Positions 28,203 through 41,765 of a stretch of DNA of 64,000 bases are shown piece after piece (positions within the stretch are counted from its first letter, which is position 1; every line of letters starts with the position of its first letter). The stretch comes from Camelus ferus (Eukaryota), in NCBI RefSeq assembly GCF_009834535.1, contig NC_045696.1:20276001-20340000 (forward strand), read 5' to 3'. A model generated the notes under the pieces. It was not told the origin of the DNA and made no database searches. It was given only the letters and a program-made list of their open reading frames with translations. A program made the position numbers and the translations under genes.

Positions 28203-28914
28203 GGAATTACTAGTAAAACGAATTAGAAGAAACATATAAAGAACTTAGTTGATTTCTACGGTATTTTGGAATTTTTTGAAGCCTGGTATAGATATACGGA
28301 CTTGGAGTTAATTTAAGGTGTTCTGGGCTGGTAATCTATTTGGGAGATATTGGCACTAGAGATGGTAACTGAAGTCAAGAGAATAAAGGAGATCTCCTGG
28401 TACAAATGTTCAAGGAAGAACAGAAGAAAGTCTACGACAGAATCCTGACAAAACAACAAATTCAATGGGTGGGCAGAGGGTTAGACTCCAGCAAAGCAAA
28501 AGTGGACACTGGGGAGGGAAGAAATACATTTAAGATGAATTCTCAATGAATACAACAGTGAAAAGTTAAGACAGCTAAGGCGTAAAAATGTACCTTTCAC
28601 AAAAAGGTTAGCACTTAGGTTCTGAACAAGAACAAAATTTATTGGTGGAGGCAGAAGCCAGGTTGCAATAGCTTAACCAACATGTGTGGTAAAACTTCAG
28701 AATCATCAACTTCTGAGAAGGCTTCTAAGAAGTGTAATTGTGAATTAGAAGAGAAAAATCACTGGAGTGAGATCCGGGGTTGAATTAGACTTACTTTAAT
28801 TTATTTTACTTTTTTGTAATGTGGAAATTTTTTGAATACATAAACTGTAAATTCATAAGTATGTGAAGAATTCTAAAGTATTCCAAAGAAGGATATAAAT
28901 AAAATTCTTTGGAT

Positions 28915-29010
28915 ATAAAAAAGGGTAATTATGGGAGTATATGAAATCATGTGTGTGAAACTTTTGAAAATTGTAAAGCACTACAGAATTTAAAGAATCT
29001 TTCATTCAAT
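28915..29010 (+). mobile_element. Artiodactyl-type L1 extreme 3' end
   Basis: atatgaaatcatgtgtgtgaaacttttgaaaattgtaaagcactacagaatttaaagaatctttcattcaat. Confidence 0.75.
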
Positions 29011-32000
29011 TTTTTTAATGTACTCTGGGAAAAAAAAAAGCTGCTATGGCAGCTTAGATATTTCCTCCCCACCAAGAAATTCTAATAACTTTGAAAACAA
29101 AATTCTTAAATGGCAAAATATGCATGGACAGTTTGAAGAATCTCTAGTTACTTTGTAATTTCTTTTTCTATTTACTTAAAGTCCAAGTTATTGCTTTATA
29201 GTAATCCATAAGAAGAACTAACATTACCATTTTGCTGATTATTAAAAGCTGTAAGAATATATTAGAGGAATCTATTAAAGTAAATACAAAAACTAAAATT
29301 TTAATACTTAATAAATACACATTTAATATTTTGTGTAGATTTAAGTTATCAATCATAATACTTTTTTCAGTTATCACAGACGAGAGATCTTCTTACTAGC
29401 TATCATGTTTAATAATAAAAATATGTCTTTCAGCTTGTCCATAAAGAACTAGGAGTTAAGCATTGTATTAAAAACTTTTGATGCTCACATATGCAGGAGG
29501 AAAAAAAGTTTAGCTATTTTAAATGTCTTATAACTTTGGGCTACATTTACATTTTATAGTCCTGGGATGTAGGTAAAGCTAATTTAGTTCAAATTCCCAG
29601 ATAATGTGTTATTTCTTATATAGATGTCCCTGTTCTCTACACAGCTTTCTAACAGCTGAATTTTATTGGCTCCAGGAGCTAAATCACCAGAAAATTAGTC
29701 AGAAATGCCTGTGCAGTGGTAGGGGTGGGGAGGAGAGGAAAAAAGTAATCAAGCAACCTGATAGAGTCTTACTTTAGGATGGGTGTATTCTATAAAGAAG
29801 TCAAATGTTTAATAAATACTAACTCACTAACCACATGTGAAAATCTGAGGATTGTCCTGACGAGGAAGATTTATGGTGACTTAAAATAAAAAGTTGTTTT
29901 GAAAGTCACTTTTTGAGCAAGCACATCCTAAGTGTTTTGAAAACAATATCAAGAACTTTGTAAACTTAAAGACGAGCTATCTCTGTTAAATTTAGTTGAA
30001 CTGTGTCAAATAAATGTGAGGATGGGGAAATTCATGTTTGGTTTGCATAAAATAAAGTCATTATTTCCTGTGTTGACTGAATAGATATAAAAGGATAAGT
30101 TGTGACTGAGAATCAAATGTATAGAAAAAATAAAGCAGTGATAGGTTTCTGTGTATACTACATCTTCTTACAGCTATTTCAAAAGAACCACCTTTTTTGT
30201 GCGTGCTTCTGTCCCAGCTTTATAATTGATAAAGAGGTATCAATTCTACTCAAAGACAGCCACTCAATATCCCAATCTGCTACCTTTGATTTGTGGCTTT
30301 TGTTGAACGGATAAACTGGACAAATCATATGGTATTTAAGGGACCTGAGAATCTAAGAAATTAATCCATCTAGTGAGAGGTGCTAAGGTTGGTCATGCAT
30401 GTGCTTTGTCTGATGAGCACATAATGAACCACGTGCAAAGAAGAAAACTCAGAGACAGAGGTTCAAAATGGAGAAATAGATGGGGACCGTGAAAGAGAAG
30501 AAAGAGAGAAACAGATAGAAGAAGAGCATTTGGTCTGCCAATCTTCCATGGCTTCTTTCCATATTTGTCTATTTGTCTTTTCCTGAGTTATCAGGCATCT
30601 GTATCTTTCACATACTTTTTTTTTAATTTCAGTAATTCTATCCCTTGTAATCTATAAATAGAAATAAAAAGTGTATAGAAAAGGACACAGAAATACGAAT
30701 TTGAAGGATGTACAAGAATAACAAAGGTAAACAGGATGGGAAAACAGAAGGCCAGGGCAAATTAAAGGTAAGTAAGTAATGGAATTTTTGTGAATACAAA
30801 TTTCAAAAGCAGTGCAAAATTCTGTTTTGTTTGTTTATGCTGATTTTAGTGATGCTCTCTATTATTGGATTTGCTCTTTTGTCCTCCTTGAATTGCACTT
30901 GTCCAGGGATGTAAAATGGCTACTTCTCAGTGCTGCTTATAATTATAAGCAAAGAGTGTTGCTTATAATTCTTTTTATGGTGATATAAGTCTATAGATTT
31001 CCAATTTGAAATAACTAAACATCAGTATTTCTGTGCCTCTTTCGTTCTTTTACGAGAATAAACTATAAGAAATATCTTCCAGCATTGGTCACTGAAACCC
31101 AAAGGAAATACTCTTATCATCTTTGAGCACTTATTTTGGGGGGGGGGTAGTTTCAACAATTTATACTTTTGATCCTGGCCATATTATTTCTTCTCTGTTT
31201 ACAACAGTGCACATATAATGGAATATAGTGCTACAGGATTGCATCCTTAGGCTATGCAGGGAATATATTCAGAATGTCATCATCTTTTATTGCATCTACT
31301 AGATGTATTCACATTTGGTACATAATACGCTCATGAAAATGATGACCCCCAAAGAGAAAATGAAACTTCCCTTCACGCAGTGAAGAGAAAAAAGCCAGGA
31401 AAGCTATATACACAGTTAATTTTTGTTACACTGGGTAATTGCGTGGACATCTTCCATTCCCTAGCAACTGCTAGATTTGATTTTCATTTTGTTTTCTGAG
31501 AATATTTCTCTGTTCCATGTTAAATCATGACCACCTGGGACATGACATGTTTGATGCATCATGTTTTAAAATAATGGAAAATAACATGTCAAGGATTATT
31601 ACACACCAAAAAGCAAACAAAACAAAGGAGGGAAGAATAACAAGGTGCCCCCAAAGCTCCAGAGGACTTATTTCTTGGTGTTTGAAATATGAGTGACTGG
31701 TTCAGTGCACTTTAACTTGGAAATAGAGAAGACTAATAATGTCATTATTCCAGGCTCTGCTCCTACGTAAGGCTTACCTTGGACTGCACAGTAACAATCA
31801 AAGTGAGAAAGGAGCAAAATGTAAAAGAAAATGTCAAGCAATCTCACAGATTTTCTCATAAGTCTTACAAAATCACTACTTGAGAACAGAACTGATCTAA
31901 TGTTCTATTGAATAAAGCTGTATAACTGATATGTATAATCAATCTACCAACATATGTTTGTGTTAAAATATTGCACATGTACTCACTCAATGAAATTCTT

Positions 32001-32164
32001 GAGCACATAATGTGTGTTTAAATATCTAGATGGAGAGATTGAGTCTGCCTTCTCTAGTGAGAGAGCTATGAAAACAGAACCCAAATTCACTAGTGATGGC
32101 AACATATCTGATAAAGGGGGGGGATATGAATATTTTTGATAGAAAGACTATAATCCTCAATCCA

Positions 32165-32531
32165 TTTATTTCCCTGGAAGATCAATGCTGAATGCTTACA
32201 CATTCACCCTAGTCTCAATCTCGTATTTTTCTCTACTAAACATTCATTTGTCCCTGGTAGAAACATTCTTCATCTTAGACACTGATTCTGCTGTAGATTT
32301 GAACCTGCCAATATAGGCAGTCTCTTTCTGAAGATAGATCTTGACCTCTTTATTAGGGAAAACTGCTCAATCATCCATTGGTGCAATATCGCTTGGAAGT
32401 ATTATACTTGACCCATGGCTAGATCAACTGCTGCAAGTTGATTTTATCATAATTCCATTCTTAAATTCTTGGAGATATCTTGCTTTACTGCTTAGACTGA
32501 TGGATGCTCTAACAGAGGTAGGGAAATTGAC
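32165..32531 (-). pseudogene. Terminal pseudo-exon with stop codon and polyA signal
   Basis: Strong acceptor tttatttctcttctgtgctgtacag|G. Phase-0 frame of 111 codons with three internal TGA and no frameshift, ending KYEIETRVNV-TAA (32196). AATAAA at 32170-32165. Confidence 0.6.
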
Positions 32532-32849
32532 CTGTACAGCACAGAAGAGAAATAAATTCTGAATGTCACTATTTCTGATGGATCATACTAAAATAAGACT
32601 TTCCTGTATGGAGAGCTTAAAAAAGAAATCATAGTGTCTGATCTGGGCTGGGATGTTCAGTCAGGAGAAAGTAGAAAGACAAACGTAAGTAAAAGCATTG
32701 AGCCACGGAAGTTTATTCTGAATAGAAATAAAGACAAAAATCACTCAGAAGACACCTAACTGCTTACTTGGGAGTCAGAGTAACAATTTTTCCCCCCTGT
32801 CTGCCCTTCTTGTTCAGGACAAAGATTTGTCAATTGATTCATATCTTCA

Positions 32850-33650
32850 GTAAGCTTCACTGGGTGCCCACCACCATTCTAAAAGCAATAAATTAAATCT
32901 ACGAATAAAGAGCATTGCCTACTTCAAAACACCCACATCTCAGAGAAGCAAAAGAGAGCATCTAAAGAGAATTACAATAAATGTGATCAAGATAATAATA
33001 GAGGTAGCATCCAAGAGCAAAGAAAGTAATCAGTAACTAAACCAGCCTTGTGGAGCAAAGTAAGGGGGAGGGGTAAGGGGGAGGAAGTGGGCAAGGAAGG
33101 ATTCATAGTGGAGAAGGAAACTGTGCCTGATTTGTTTAAAAATATCAGTAGGAGATTGAAAAGAAAAGATGAAATGGGAAAGTCAGTTTAACTAGAGAAA
33201 ATGACAGAGCTACAGAGATTGTAGGTGATTTTAGAACATAGAGTGAAGCCTGGGAGCCAAGAAAATGTATGGATGAGATAATGACAAGAGGTCATAGCAG
33301 GTAGGCTCTGTGTTCCACACTAAGGAATTACACTTTGATCCAGCACCATAAAAGCCGTTGTTGAAGGGTTTAAAAAGAAAAGGACACAGCCAGCTATACA
33401 TATGAGACAGATCACTTGGCAGGTCTGTGGATGATGGACTCGAGGATCCACTATCAAAGGAAGGGAGAACAGGTTACACTACTTAATTGGGAGATGACGA
33501 GAAGCCTAACTAAGTCAGTTTTTTTATGTATAGAGATTAGTGAGTGTACTTATCATAAAAATATTATGGGGCAAGTATGCCTTTGTGACTGAGCTGTAGG
33601 GGAGATGAGGGAAAAGAAACAAATTTGAATTTCCTTTCAGCTTTGCAGCT
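32850..33650 (-). mobile_element. Old L2 fragments
   Basis: cacactaaggaattacacttt.., gacagatcacttggcag. Confidence 0.5.
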
Positions 33651-34430
33651 CTGCTAAATTTATAAACACTTTTGTCAGCAAATAGATAAAATAAAAAGGA
33701 AGAGGAGAATTACTGTAAAACTTTCAAACTGAACAAGATTATCTTTGTTGTGTTTCCAAACACCACTAAAATGGCAAGAGGCATATAGGTCACAAGAACT
33801 AAACAATGGAGAGGGGAAAAAAAAATGAAGAAACACTGTCACTGCATATTTTAAAAGAAATGGAAGGGATGCACATTTCAGTAGAACAGAGAAAGAAAGA
33901 ACCTAAGTGAAAAGAGGGAAAATGAGAAATAAAACTAATTCAGTTCACTTGAATCTTTTAAGTGTTTAGGGTTTGGAGGGATGGGCTAGAGGGGTGGGGC
34001 AGACAAAGGACTTGGGGCTGAAATTAGAAGGATTGGATGAGCAGCTCTATCTTGATCTCCCCTAGGACCCTAAGGGCGTCAGAAATTTACTCTCTAAAAC
34101 ACTGAACCAGAATGCTCCAAACTTCAGGATCTCTGGCACAGGGGCAGGGAAAGAAAAAGCAATGGATAGAAAAGAGAAGCATAAGTGAAAGTCTTCACTC
34201 TGAATCTTGTGCCCTACACCCTCCAGAATATTTCTGGGCTTTTCTTGGAATGCTGTCTGACATGGATACAAAACCTTGTCCCACCACTGGGGTTGAGAAT
34301 TATTTCCTGGAAAAACTAGTAATCTACAGAGGAAATATTTACCCACTGGAAAATTAAAAAAGTTATTTTTTAATAACTTTAGAGAAAACTGATCAGCTAG
34401 AGTCCACCCTGCCCATTCCCCTTCTCACCC

Positions 34431-34882
34431 TATATCAGTTTCCCAGGGATGCTTTAACAAATTACCACAAACTTGGTGGGTTAAGACAACAGAAATTCAT
34501 TCTCTCAAAGTTCCAGTGGGGAGGAGTCTGTGATCAAGGTGTTGATAGGGCCACATTCCCTTGAGGGCTTTCAGGGAGAATCCTTTCTTGCCTTTTTCAG
34601 CATCTTGTAGCTCCGGGCATTCCTTGGCTTCTGGCAGCTTGGAAAACTCTGCCTCATCTTTACATGACCTTCTTCCTTGTGTCTGTCTTCTTTCCTACAC
34701 TTCTCTTATAAAGACACATGTTACTGGATTTAGGGCACATCTGAATTCAGGATGATCTCATCCTAAGATCCTTAATTACATGTGCCAAGAGCCTTTTTCC
34801 AAATAGGGTCACATTCACAGGTTCCAGGGCTTAGAATGTGAACATATATTTTTTGGGGAGCCACAATGTAACACACTCCACA
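34431..34882 (-). mobile_element. MLT1C-like solo LTR
   Basis: Typical MLT1C sequence; 5-bp TSD caccc/ctccc. Confidence 0.9.
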
Positions 34883-35169
34883 CTCCCAGAGCGAACATAC
34901 CATTGTGACTCTTAAATATGAACTGGCAACCAAGGGATGCTTTGGAGCAGTAGAGAAGGAAAGTTTCATGTAGAAGTGATAGAAAGAGGTGATAATGAGA
35001 AAGAGAAATGAGATAGGTCAAGGTCAATGTAGAGGATTTTTCCTTTGTTCTAAAAAAATAAACAACTGGATATCCAACTCTGGAGAAATGGTGATGGAAA
35101 CTGATGGAAATGTATGATGGTCTGTGGATAGATGGTAGGAAAACATGACTGCTGGCCTTGCATTTCTTG

Positions 35170-35563
35170 ATGGATGTGTCAGTAGGACACTCCAGGAAGC
35201 ACACACTGAGACAGAGTTAGGAGGCGACATGATTGCTTGGCAAATGATGCCTGTAAAAGATAAAGGGAGTAGAAAGCAGGACTGGACAGAGAGTCTCAGA
35301 GCACATCACACACCTTTCAGGGTCTCAGCCAACACAACAGGAAGCTCTAGAGCCAAGTCAGAATAGTCCACAGCTGAGCAAACATGACCAAGCTGCAGTA
35401 CACCCACCATGCTCAGTCACTGATGGCAGGCTGTCCTGGAAGACCATGGCTTTGGCTCAAATACTGAAGGAAATCATGAAGACACTGCCTCTGGAGGCTG
35501 TCAGCTCACTGTACATTAATACATGTTCTTTCTTGGAGCAAAGCTTCTCCTTGGCTACTACCA
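35170..35563 (-). mobile_element. LTR16-like solo LTR
   Basis: caggaagcacacactgagacagag..ccatgctcagtcactg..ggaggctgtcagct. Confidence 0.7.
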
Positions 35564-36090
35564 AGTGCAGAAAAAAGATGTTTGCTGCAAGTAAATGAGG
35601 GCAAGGATTTCACAGAGGAATTGCCTTTGCAATTATGCCTTGTATAATAAATTTCAAAAAATCACTATATGAAAGATTGGAAAGTAAGTATTTAGAGACT
35701 TAAGAAGAACGTGATTTCATAAACAGACAGTGATATGACTGATGAAAGAATACCAACAGACACACATGATATTTTTATTAGAAACAGAATGTATGAATAT
35801 TTTGAGAGATGTTTATGTACATTAGGAAATAACACTCTATGTTTCCAGACAGTCTTTTGCATATCCCTAAAATATCCCATGAATTTTTAAAAAATTGGGT
35901 CATATCACCTTCAAGTAGTAAAGATTTTGCCCAACATAATCATCTTTTTCTGCCATCCTCAAAAGCGATTTTTATTCTTTTCTCCCTAAGCCTTGCCACA
36001 AACGTACAGGACACACAGACACATTCACCCATAGACACTTGGACATAGCAACTAAATGACATCCGTCTCCTTGGAAGCCATTAAGTGGTG

Positions 36091-36170
36091 GAAAGAAAGA
36101 AAAAGAAAGAAAGAGAGGAAGGAAAGAAGGAAAGAAAGGAAAGAAAAAAGGAAAGGAAAGAAAGAAAAAA
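36091..36170. repeat. GA-rich (GAAA/GGAA)n simple repeat
   Basis: Direct reading. Confidence 0.9.
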
Positions 36171-36698
36171 TTTAAAAACAGAAAGAACAGTCTCTCAAAC
36201 CTTCCTAATTATCTACTTTAAATTGGGTGAGGTGGAAGTTGATTTATCAGGGAACATTCTTTGGTAGGCTCAGCCTTCAGGATTCACTGAGGACCACTTC
36301 TGAAAGCTCAAGGAACGCAGTAGAAGGGAAATATATGTGTAGATGGGAGGAGAGGAAAAAACAGAGATGTGGTGAAAGAGGATGGCAGTGATGAAGACTG
36401 TAGTTAGATATGACTGCCCTCAAATACCTTGACTTTTACACAGTAATTTGCACAACATATACTTTATGAACCTAAAGTTTATTTTCAAATCAATTTGGTA
36501 CTGAAAGTAATTTTGATGGAAAACAGTGTGTCTATGGAAAAGTGCTTGATTTTGGAATGGAAGATATTACAGAACCATGGAACATAATCTGGTCACCTGT
36601 CAATCTACAGCTGCTCATTTAATATACAGCATGCCGATACGTGATGTTACACCACTACAAGTCATTTCTTACTCTTAACAGAAGAAATTTTCACATAT

Positions 36699-37296
36699 TG
36701 AGGGATGAAGAAGTCATTCTGGTTTGTGCATGATCTGGCTTGAATTTTATGCTAACTAAAACAGCCTGTCTTATGGTCTGCCAAACATACATTGTACATC
36801 TGTTTTAATCATTAAAGAAAAGAGTGTTGCCCTCCATCCAAGATACAAAGGGTTAAGTTGCAACCCACTGCAGTCACTCACTGACAGTGTGCCCTGAGAG
36901 GGATTCAGGAAAAAACAAAACAAAACAAAAACAAAACAGGATAAGGCATTCTGTGCTTTGAATACACAGCCCATAGATAGTTAGGATGCATACCTCAGGA
37001 AGAATTTTAATGACCCCACATTCTTGTATCTTCCCAAACAGAAAGTCACTAAAATCATTAACTTGAGATATCTGTTCTTTGTAATTAGCAGTAATCTTTT
37101 ACCAAGATGTATGTTCTACTACATGTATTTCCTAGCCAAAATATTCATATATATGCCATTTCCTCCCCTACTTCTTAGAAGTAGTGCCTTCCGAACTACT
37201 TCAAATCTGTTTCCTGGACTATAGTCCTCGGTTTAACTGGAATAAAACTCTCTTCTGTTCTTACTATAGATTGTTTATTGATTATTTGCACTGATA
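36699..37296 (+). mobile_element. ERV1-class solo LTR
   Basis: TG start, AATAAA at about 37241, candidate 4-bp TSD atat/atct. Confidence 0.65.
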
Positions 37297-39252
37297 ATCT
37301 GTAGGCCTGTTTAAAAAAAAAAAGTTATGTGGTTCAAGAGACTAAAGGAAAAAGGGAAGGAAAATAAACTCCAGCTCCTCTTCTAGGCTAACTCACAAAT
37401 TCATTTACTTTTGTGTCTGCACTCACCTCCTACTGTTCTGGAGGGCCACCCAACCTCCTCCCACCAACCTAAACTTGATCTACCCTCCCACCCATTCTCT
37501 GCCAAGATTTCCATAATCCTGGTCAATTTTTATGTTAAAAATACTAAGTTTGGGTACTAAAAACTCATTAATACTTATTGTTGTTTTACAGATTGTGTTT
37601 TCTTATATAATAAAGATACACACACTTACACAAGAAGGGTGAAAGAGACAGTCTTCAAAGAAAGAAGGACTACTGAATATAGTATCTTTACTGAGGAAAA
37701 AACACACTGAAATTACTAATAAACATGGACATAAAAGTATAGAGAATAACAGAGACAGCTAAAGAAGTAGTATCCAGAGGTCACCAGAGATAACCAAGAA
37801 TCTGAAGGTAAACATATTAAAATCTGAAACTAAATAAAACTCTAAATAAAAATGTAAAATAAATTCTCAGTTCTTTTAACTGAAAAACCTTTGCTGTAAG
37901 TCCTAAATACTTGTTAATGAGTTGAAGTTCTTTCGCAACCAATTATGTCTATTGCTTGCAGTAAAGTCATAGCTCTTCACAGGTGTTAAATGTTGAAAAG
38001 CACAAAGTTCTGTTGACAATGAGAATATAGTAAACCAATTGTGAACATGACGAAAACATCTTAAGGTGAAAAAAGTGGGTCAAAAAAAATCAGCTTTTAT
38101 ATTTTTGCTGTTGTATAATGTTCAGATAGCAGTTGAATGCAAATGAAAACAAATCCTGTACACTAGAAAGCTTTATAAAAATTCTCACCTACACCTGAAG
38201 CAATAGTGTGGCTTAATGTCGCTTAAGAAATATCTATGTGTACATATTAATTCATATAATTATATATGTATATAAATATACATGAATTAGTTCATACACT
38301 TATTTTTCCTTATAAAAAGTAGTTTCAAAAAATGAAACTAACCAAACAGTACTTACATGCTTTTGAGAAAAAAGTGTTTAACTATAAAAAAGAATTAAAA
38401 AATCAGTTATATTAATTCCTTTACAAGATCAAGACATATGTATTAATGCCATTACTTAAAAAACGATTCCATTTTATCACAGTTCATAACTCCCACTATA
38501 CCTGTATGGCAACTTTCCAAAATGTAAATGATTCTGAGGAAACAGAAGTGGCGATCTTCCTGGGGAATGTGAATGAGTTGCCACAGAGACACCAAATATA
38601 ATCTAAAGGGATAATTGACTATAGTGATAATTGTAGGCCTTGAATACTTGTTCTTTTGAGTCTTCAAATTGTGTCAAATTACTCTTGATGCATGCAAGTG
38701 AAAAGTAAGGGTTAACTTGTCTAATGCTAATCCCTGCAAGAGAGATTGCTAGAGAGGGTTCTAGTAACACACAAATCCACTGCCTAGTGGAAAAAAAAAA
38801 ATTAAGGTCAACCTTGAAGTTTGGACCCCAGTCCCAGTTCACCCATGAACAATGATGTGGCAAGGAGCCTGCCACATAATACAACCACAATTATATATCT
38901 TGTGCCTCAGACTCCAAACATATCCTCCTAGAAAAGGGAGTTTTTCCCTCTAAACCTCAACCCTCATCTACACTGAACCGGCAATAGGGTTCCTTGGATT
39001 CAAGGTTCTGAGTCATCATGTTACTTTTGTATGTGGCCCTGGCTACCATCAGAGGAGAAGCTCTCTGGTTCTTTCCAAAAGCCGCACACCTCAAGGGCTG
39101 CGGTCTTTTTCCCTAGATCTCACTTCAGGTCCTGTGAACGCACTTCAGATTTCTATCGGTTGGTCCAGAATGTGACAGGGCAATGGGGGCTGCATGATTG
39201 TCACTGATTTTCATCTTTGCAAGCACTAACAATAAATGCTGTTGCAGCAAAC

Positions 39253-39474
39253 CTGAGATCTGTGCTTGACAATTTGCCCTTTTTTTGCATGAGAGCAAGA
39301 ACACATTAATTTGGATACACATAGAAATCACTGTGTCCCCAACTCTGATTCTTGAAACAGAACTCCATCTAATGACCATTTGGAGTCCTTTAACATACTC
39401 TGGTTGAACAGGAATGTGCTTTGTACATCTTATACTTGAATCACAATGCACTCAGTTGAACAATAATATACAGA
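39253..39474 (-). pseudogene. Pseudo-exon, penultimate
   Basis: Acceptor cttttatttatag|, donor CAG|GTTTGC, 222 bp, phase 0-0, two stops: SVYYCSTECIVIQV*DVQSTFLFNQSMLKDSKWSLDGVLFQESELGTQ*FLCVSKLMCSCSHAKKGQIVKHRSQ. Confidence 0.5.
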
Positions 39475-40469
39475 CTATAAATAAAAGGTCAAGACATTTA
39501 GTATATACTCATGTTCTATTTGCTCAAAATGATTTACTTTCAGCTACCATTTTATTTTGTTTGTAAAAAGAAAAGTGACAAGAAAAAGATGAGGTATGTG
39601 TTTCAAATATTAACTTTCCTGTTTAACATTTTTTCCCCTAAGGCAAGTCTCTCTTACAAACATGTGATAAATGAGAAAAAGGGCAAAAGACTTATTGGTT
39701 TGGGACTAAGAGTGCAGCTATGTAAGTGAACTCATCATTTTTCATCTTTTCATGCAGTGCATTCTTTGTAGGGCTGTTCAAAATTGAAAGTTAAATGGAT
39801 CTAAAAAACAACATACAACATTTGTTTTACAATAAATATATGATGTTTCTGACAAGTCGAAAGACATGGTCAGTTTAAAATTATTAATTAAATGCACGAT
39901 TCTAATTTAAGATGCAAGCAAATCTTTACACTCTTTATTAAAACAATTGAACCTCCATATCTAACCAATGTCTCAACTGAAATATTAAATAATGCATTCA
40001 TCATTTATGAATTACTGAATTGCACTGAAAATGGATTTAAATGACACCTTTAAAATAATGTCACCATAGAGAAGTGCAATAAATGATCTGACTCTCAGTC
40101 CCTTCAAATACTTGAAATTAAGATGGAATAAATCTTCACTTTGCTATAGTCCTCAATTAGTATTGATATTTTATGAATCATTACTTTTTGGTGCATTATA
40201 AATACTATGGGACACTCAATACTCTAGACAGAAAAGCAACTCCAGTTCCTCTAGTCTAAATCATCTGCTTTCCTGGGGTGACAAAATCCAGGTTTGCTGA
40301 AAAAGAACTGATTCGCAAGTAATCACTCAATAGTTAGTTGCTGAGTGAAGAAAGTAAGACTAGGTAATAAATCTGCACGAGGAATCGTGATATCATTAAG
40401 AAAGCTTAATATAAATTCCTTCAATGGAAACTGTAAATGAATAAATGGTACTAAACTCCATGCCACTAG

Positions 40470-40940
40470 AATGGTTCACGATGATCTGCGCTCTGCTACC
40501 CTCTTCATCCCCCTCTCCCTGTTTATTCTCTGTGTTTCATCCACAGCAGTCTGCTTTCATTTCCATAAGCACACCATGCTCCTTCCCATCCGTAGCATGC
40601 GGGGTTGCCTTTATCTAAATGTTCTTCTACTTTGTGCTTAGTTAACCTGTTCATTCTTTGCAATTATTCTTCAGATCTCACTGGAGAGAACTTTCCTCTC
40701 TTTCTCTGACTAGGTCAAGCACCTCTCTTCCATCATTTCTTAGTATCGAGTATTTTTCCTTTTCCAGTTTGCAGTTACATACTTATTTTTTGCCATTTCT
40801 GAACTTATTTTTGCTCCTTCCTAAACTGTAAGTTCTATGATGACTGGTATTATTTCTTTTTGTTCAACCTTGTACCTCTAGGGTACAATGCCAGACAAAT
40901 GAAAGCACTTAATATTGGTTGAATGAATGAATGAATATAT
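40470..40940 (+). mobile_element. L2 3' end
   Basis: actgtaagttctatga.. and terminal gttgaatgaatgaatgaat. Confidence 0.8.
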
Positions 40941-41689
40941 GGATGAATAAGAAAATATCATAATTTGCTGCATAGTCTATTAATAATGTTACAGATCAAG
41001 TGATATAGCTAAGCATTTCAGTGTGCTCACTAATGTATTTGTAATATGGCAGAGAGATGCAGATGGGAACACATTCTGTGCAATTTCAGTCATAATGAGA
41101 TCCCTCCTGCCTCTGCTGCTGACACCCATCCATACACATATTATACATTCCTTTAGCATCTTAACATGTTATCTGGATACTGGGAATGGGGTAGATAGAA
41201 TGTACCTGTCCAAACTGAAAATGAACATTCATGTATGGGATATATTACATAAATTCTGAAGCATAAGACTTGGCTGTCTTTGCATTTTGATTCAGTTAAA
41301 AATTATATCCCATCAAAATGAGAACAAAGTTTCTGAAACAATTAGAAGTATATTCCACTATCATGCTAGTGTCCACACACTTCCAGCATCCTCATCAATT
41401 CCAGTCTCACTACAACCTTGGTGGCACGCAAGAAACAAACAAAAAAGCACAAACAAAAACAAAACTAAATGAAAATACAGGAAAATAAAATAATGGAAAA
41501 ACAAGGGATAGCAGGAAATAATCCTAGTCAAATACTTCTCTTAAAGAACGGAAACAGTAGCATTAAAAGAACGTTAATTCTATTCTCATTCAAAACCAAC
41601 TTAGTACAGAGCTGTCTTATACATGACTGCTTTGTAGGGTGTCCTTAGAAACTGAAATCTTGCTTGCTCCCCATAGTGAGATATAATAT

Positions 41690-41765
41690 ATTTGTGTTTC
41701 CTTTGAATTAAATGACCCAGTTGTTCACCCTTTCCTGTGACTTGACTTCATGTTGTATAGCTCTC
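41690..41765 (-). pseudogene. Possible pseudo-exon, C-terminal region
   Basis: Acceptor ttctctttttcaccaag|GA (phase 1, compatible with the previous donor). GELYNMKSSHRKG*TTGSFNSKETQN (cf. GTAYNAHTREE..). Donor not identified. Confidence 0.35.

Noticed and set aside
32196..32531. Multi-selenocysteine protein interpretation
   Set aside because: No SECIS space before AATAAA, no redox motif context, and other exons carry TAA/TAG stops and frameshifts.
39125..39451. 108-aa minus-strand ORF as an intact gene
   Set aside because: Overlaps the pseudo-exon in a different frame that does not match the splice phases; non-ATG start and no recognisable domain.
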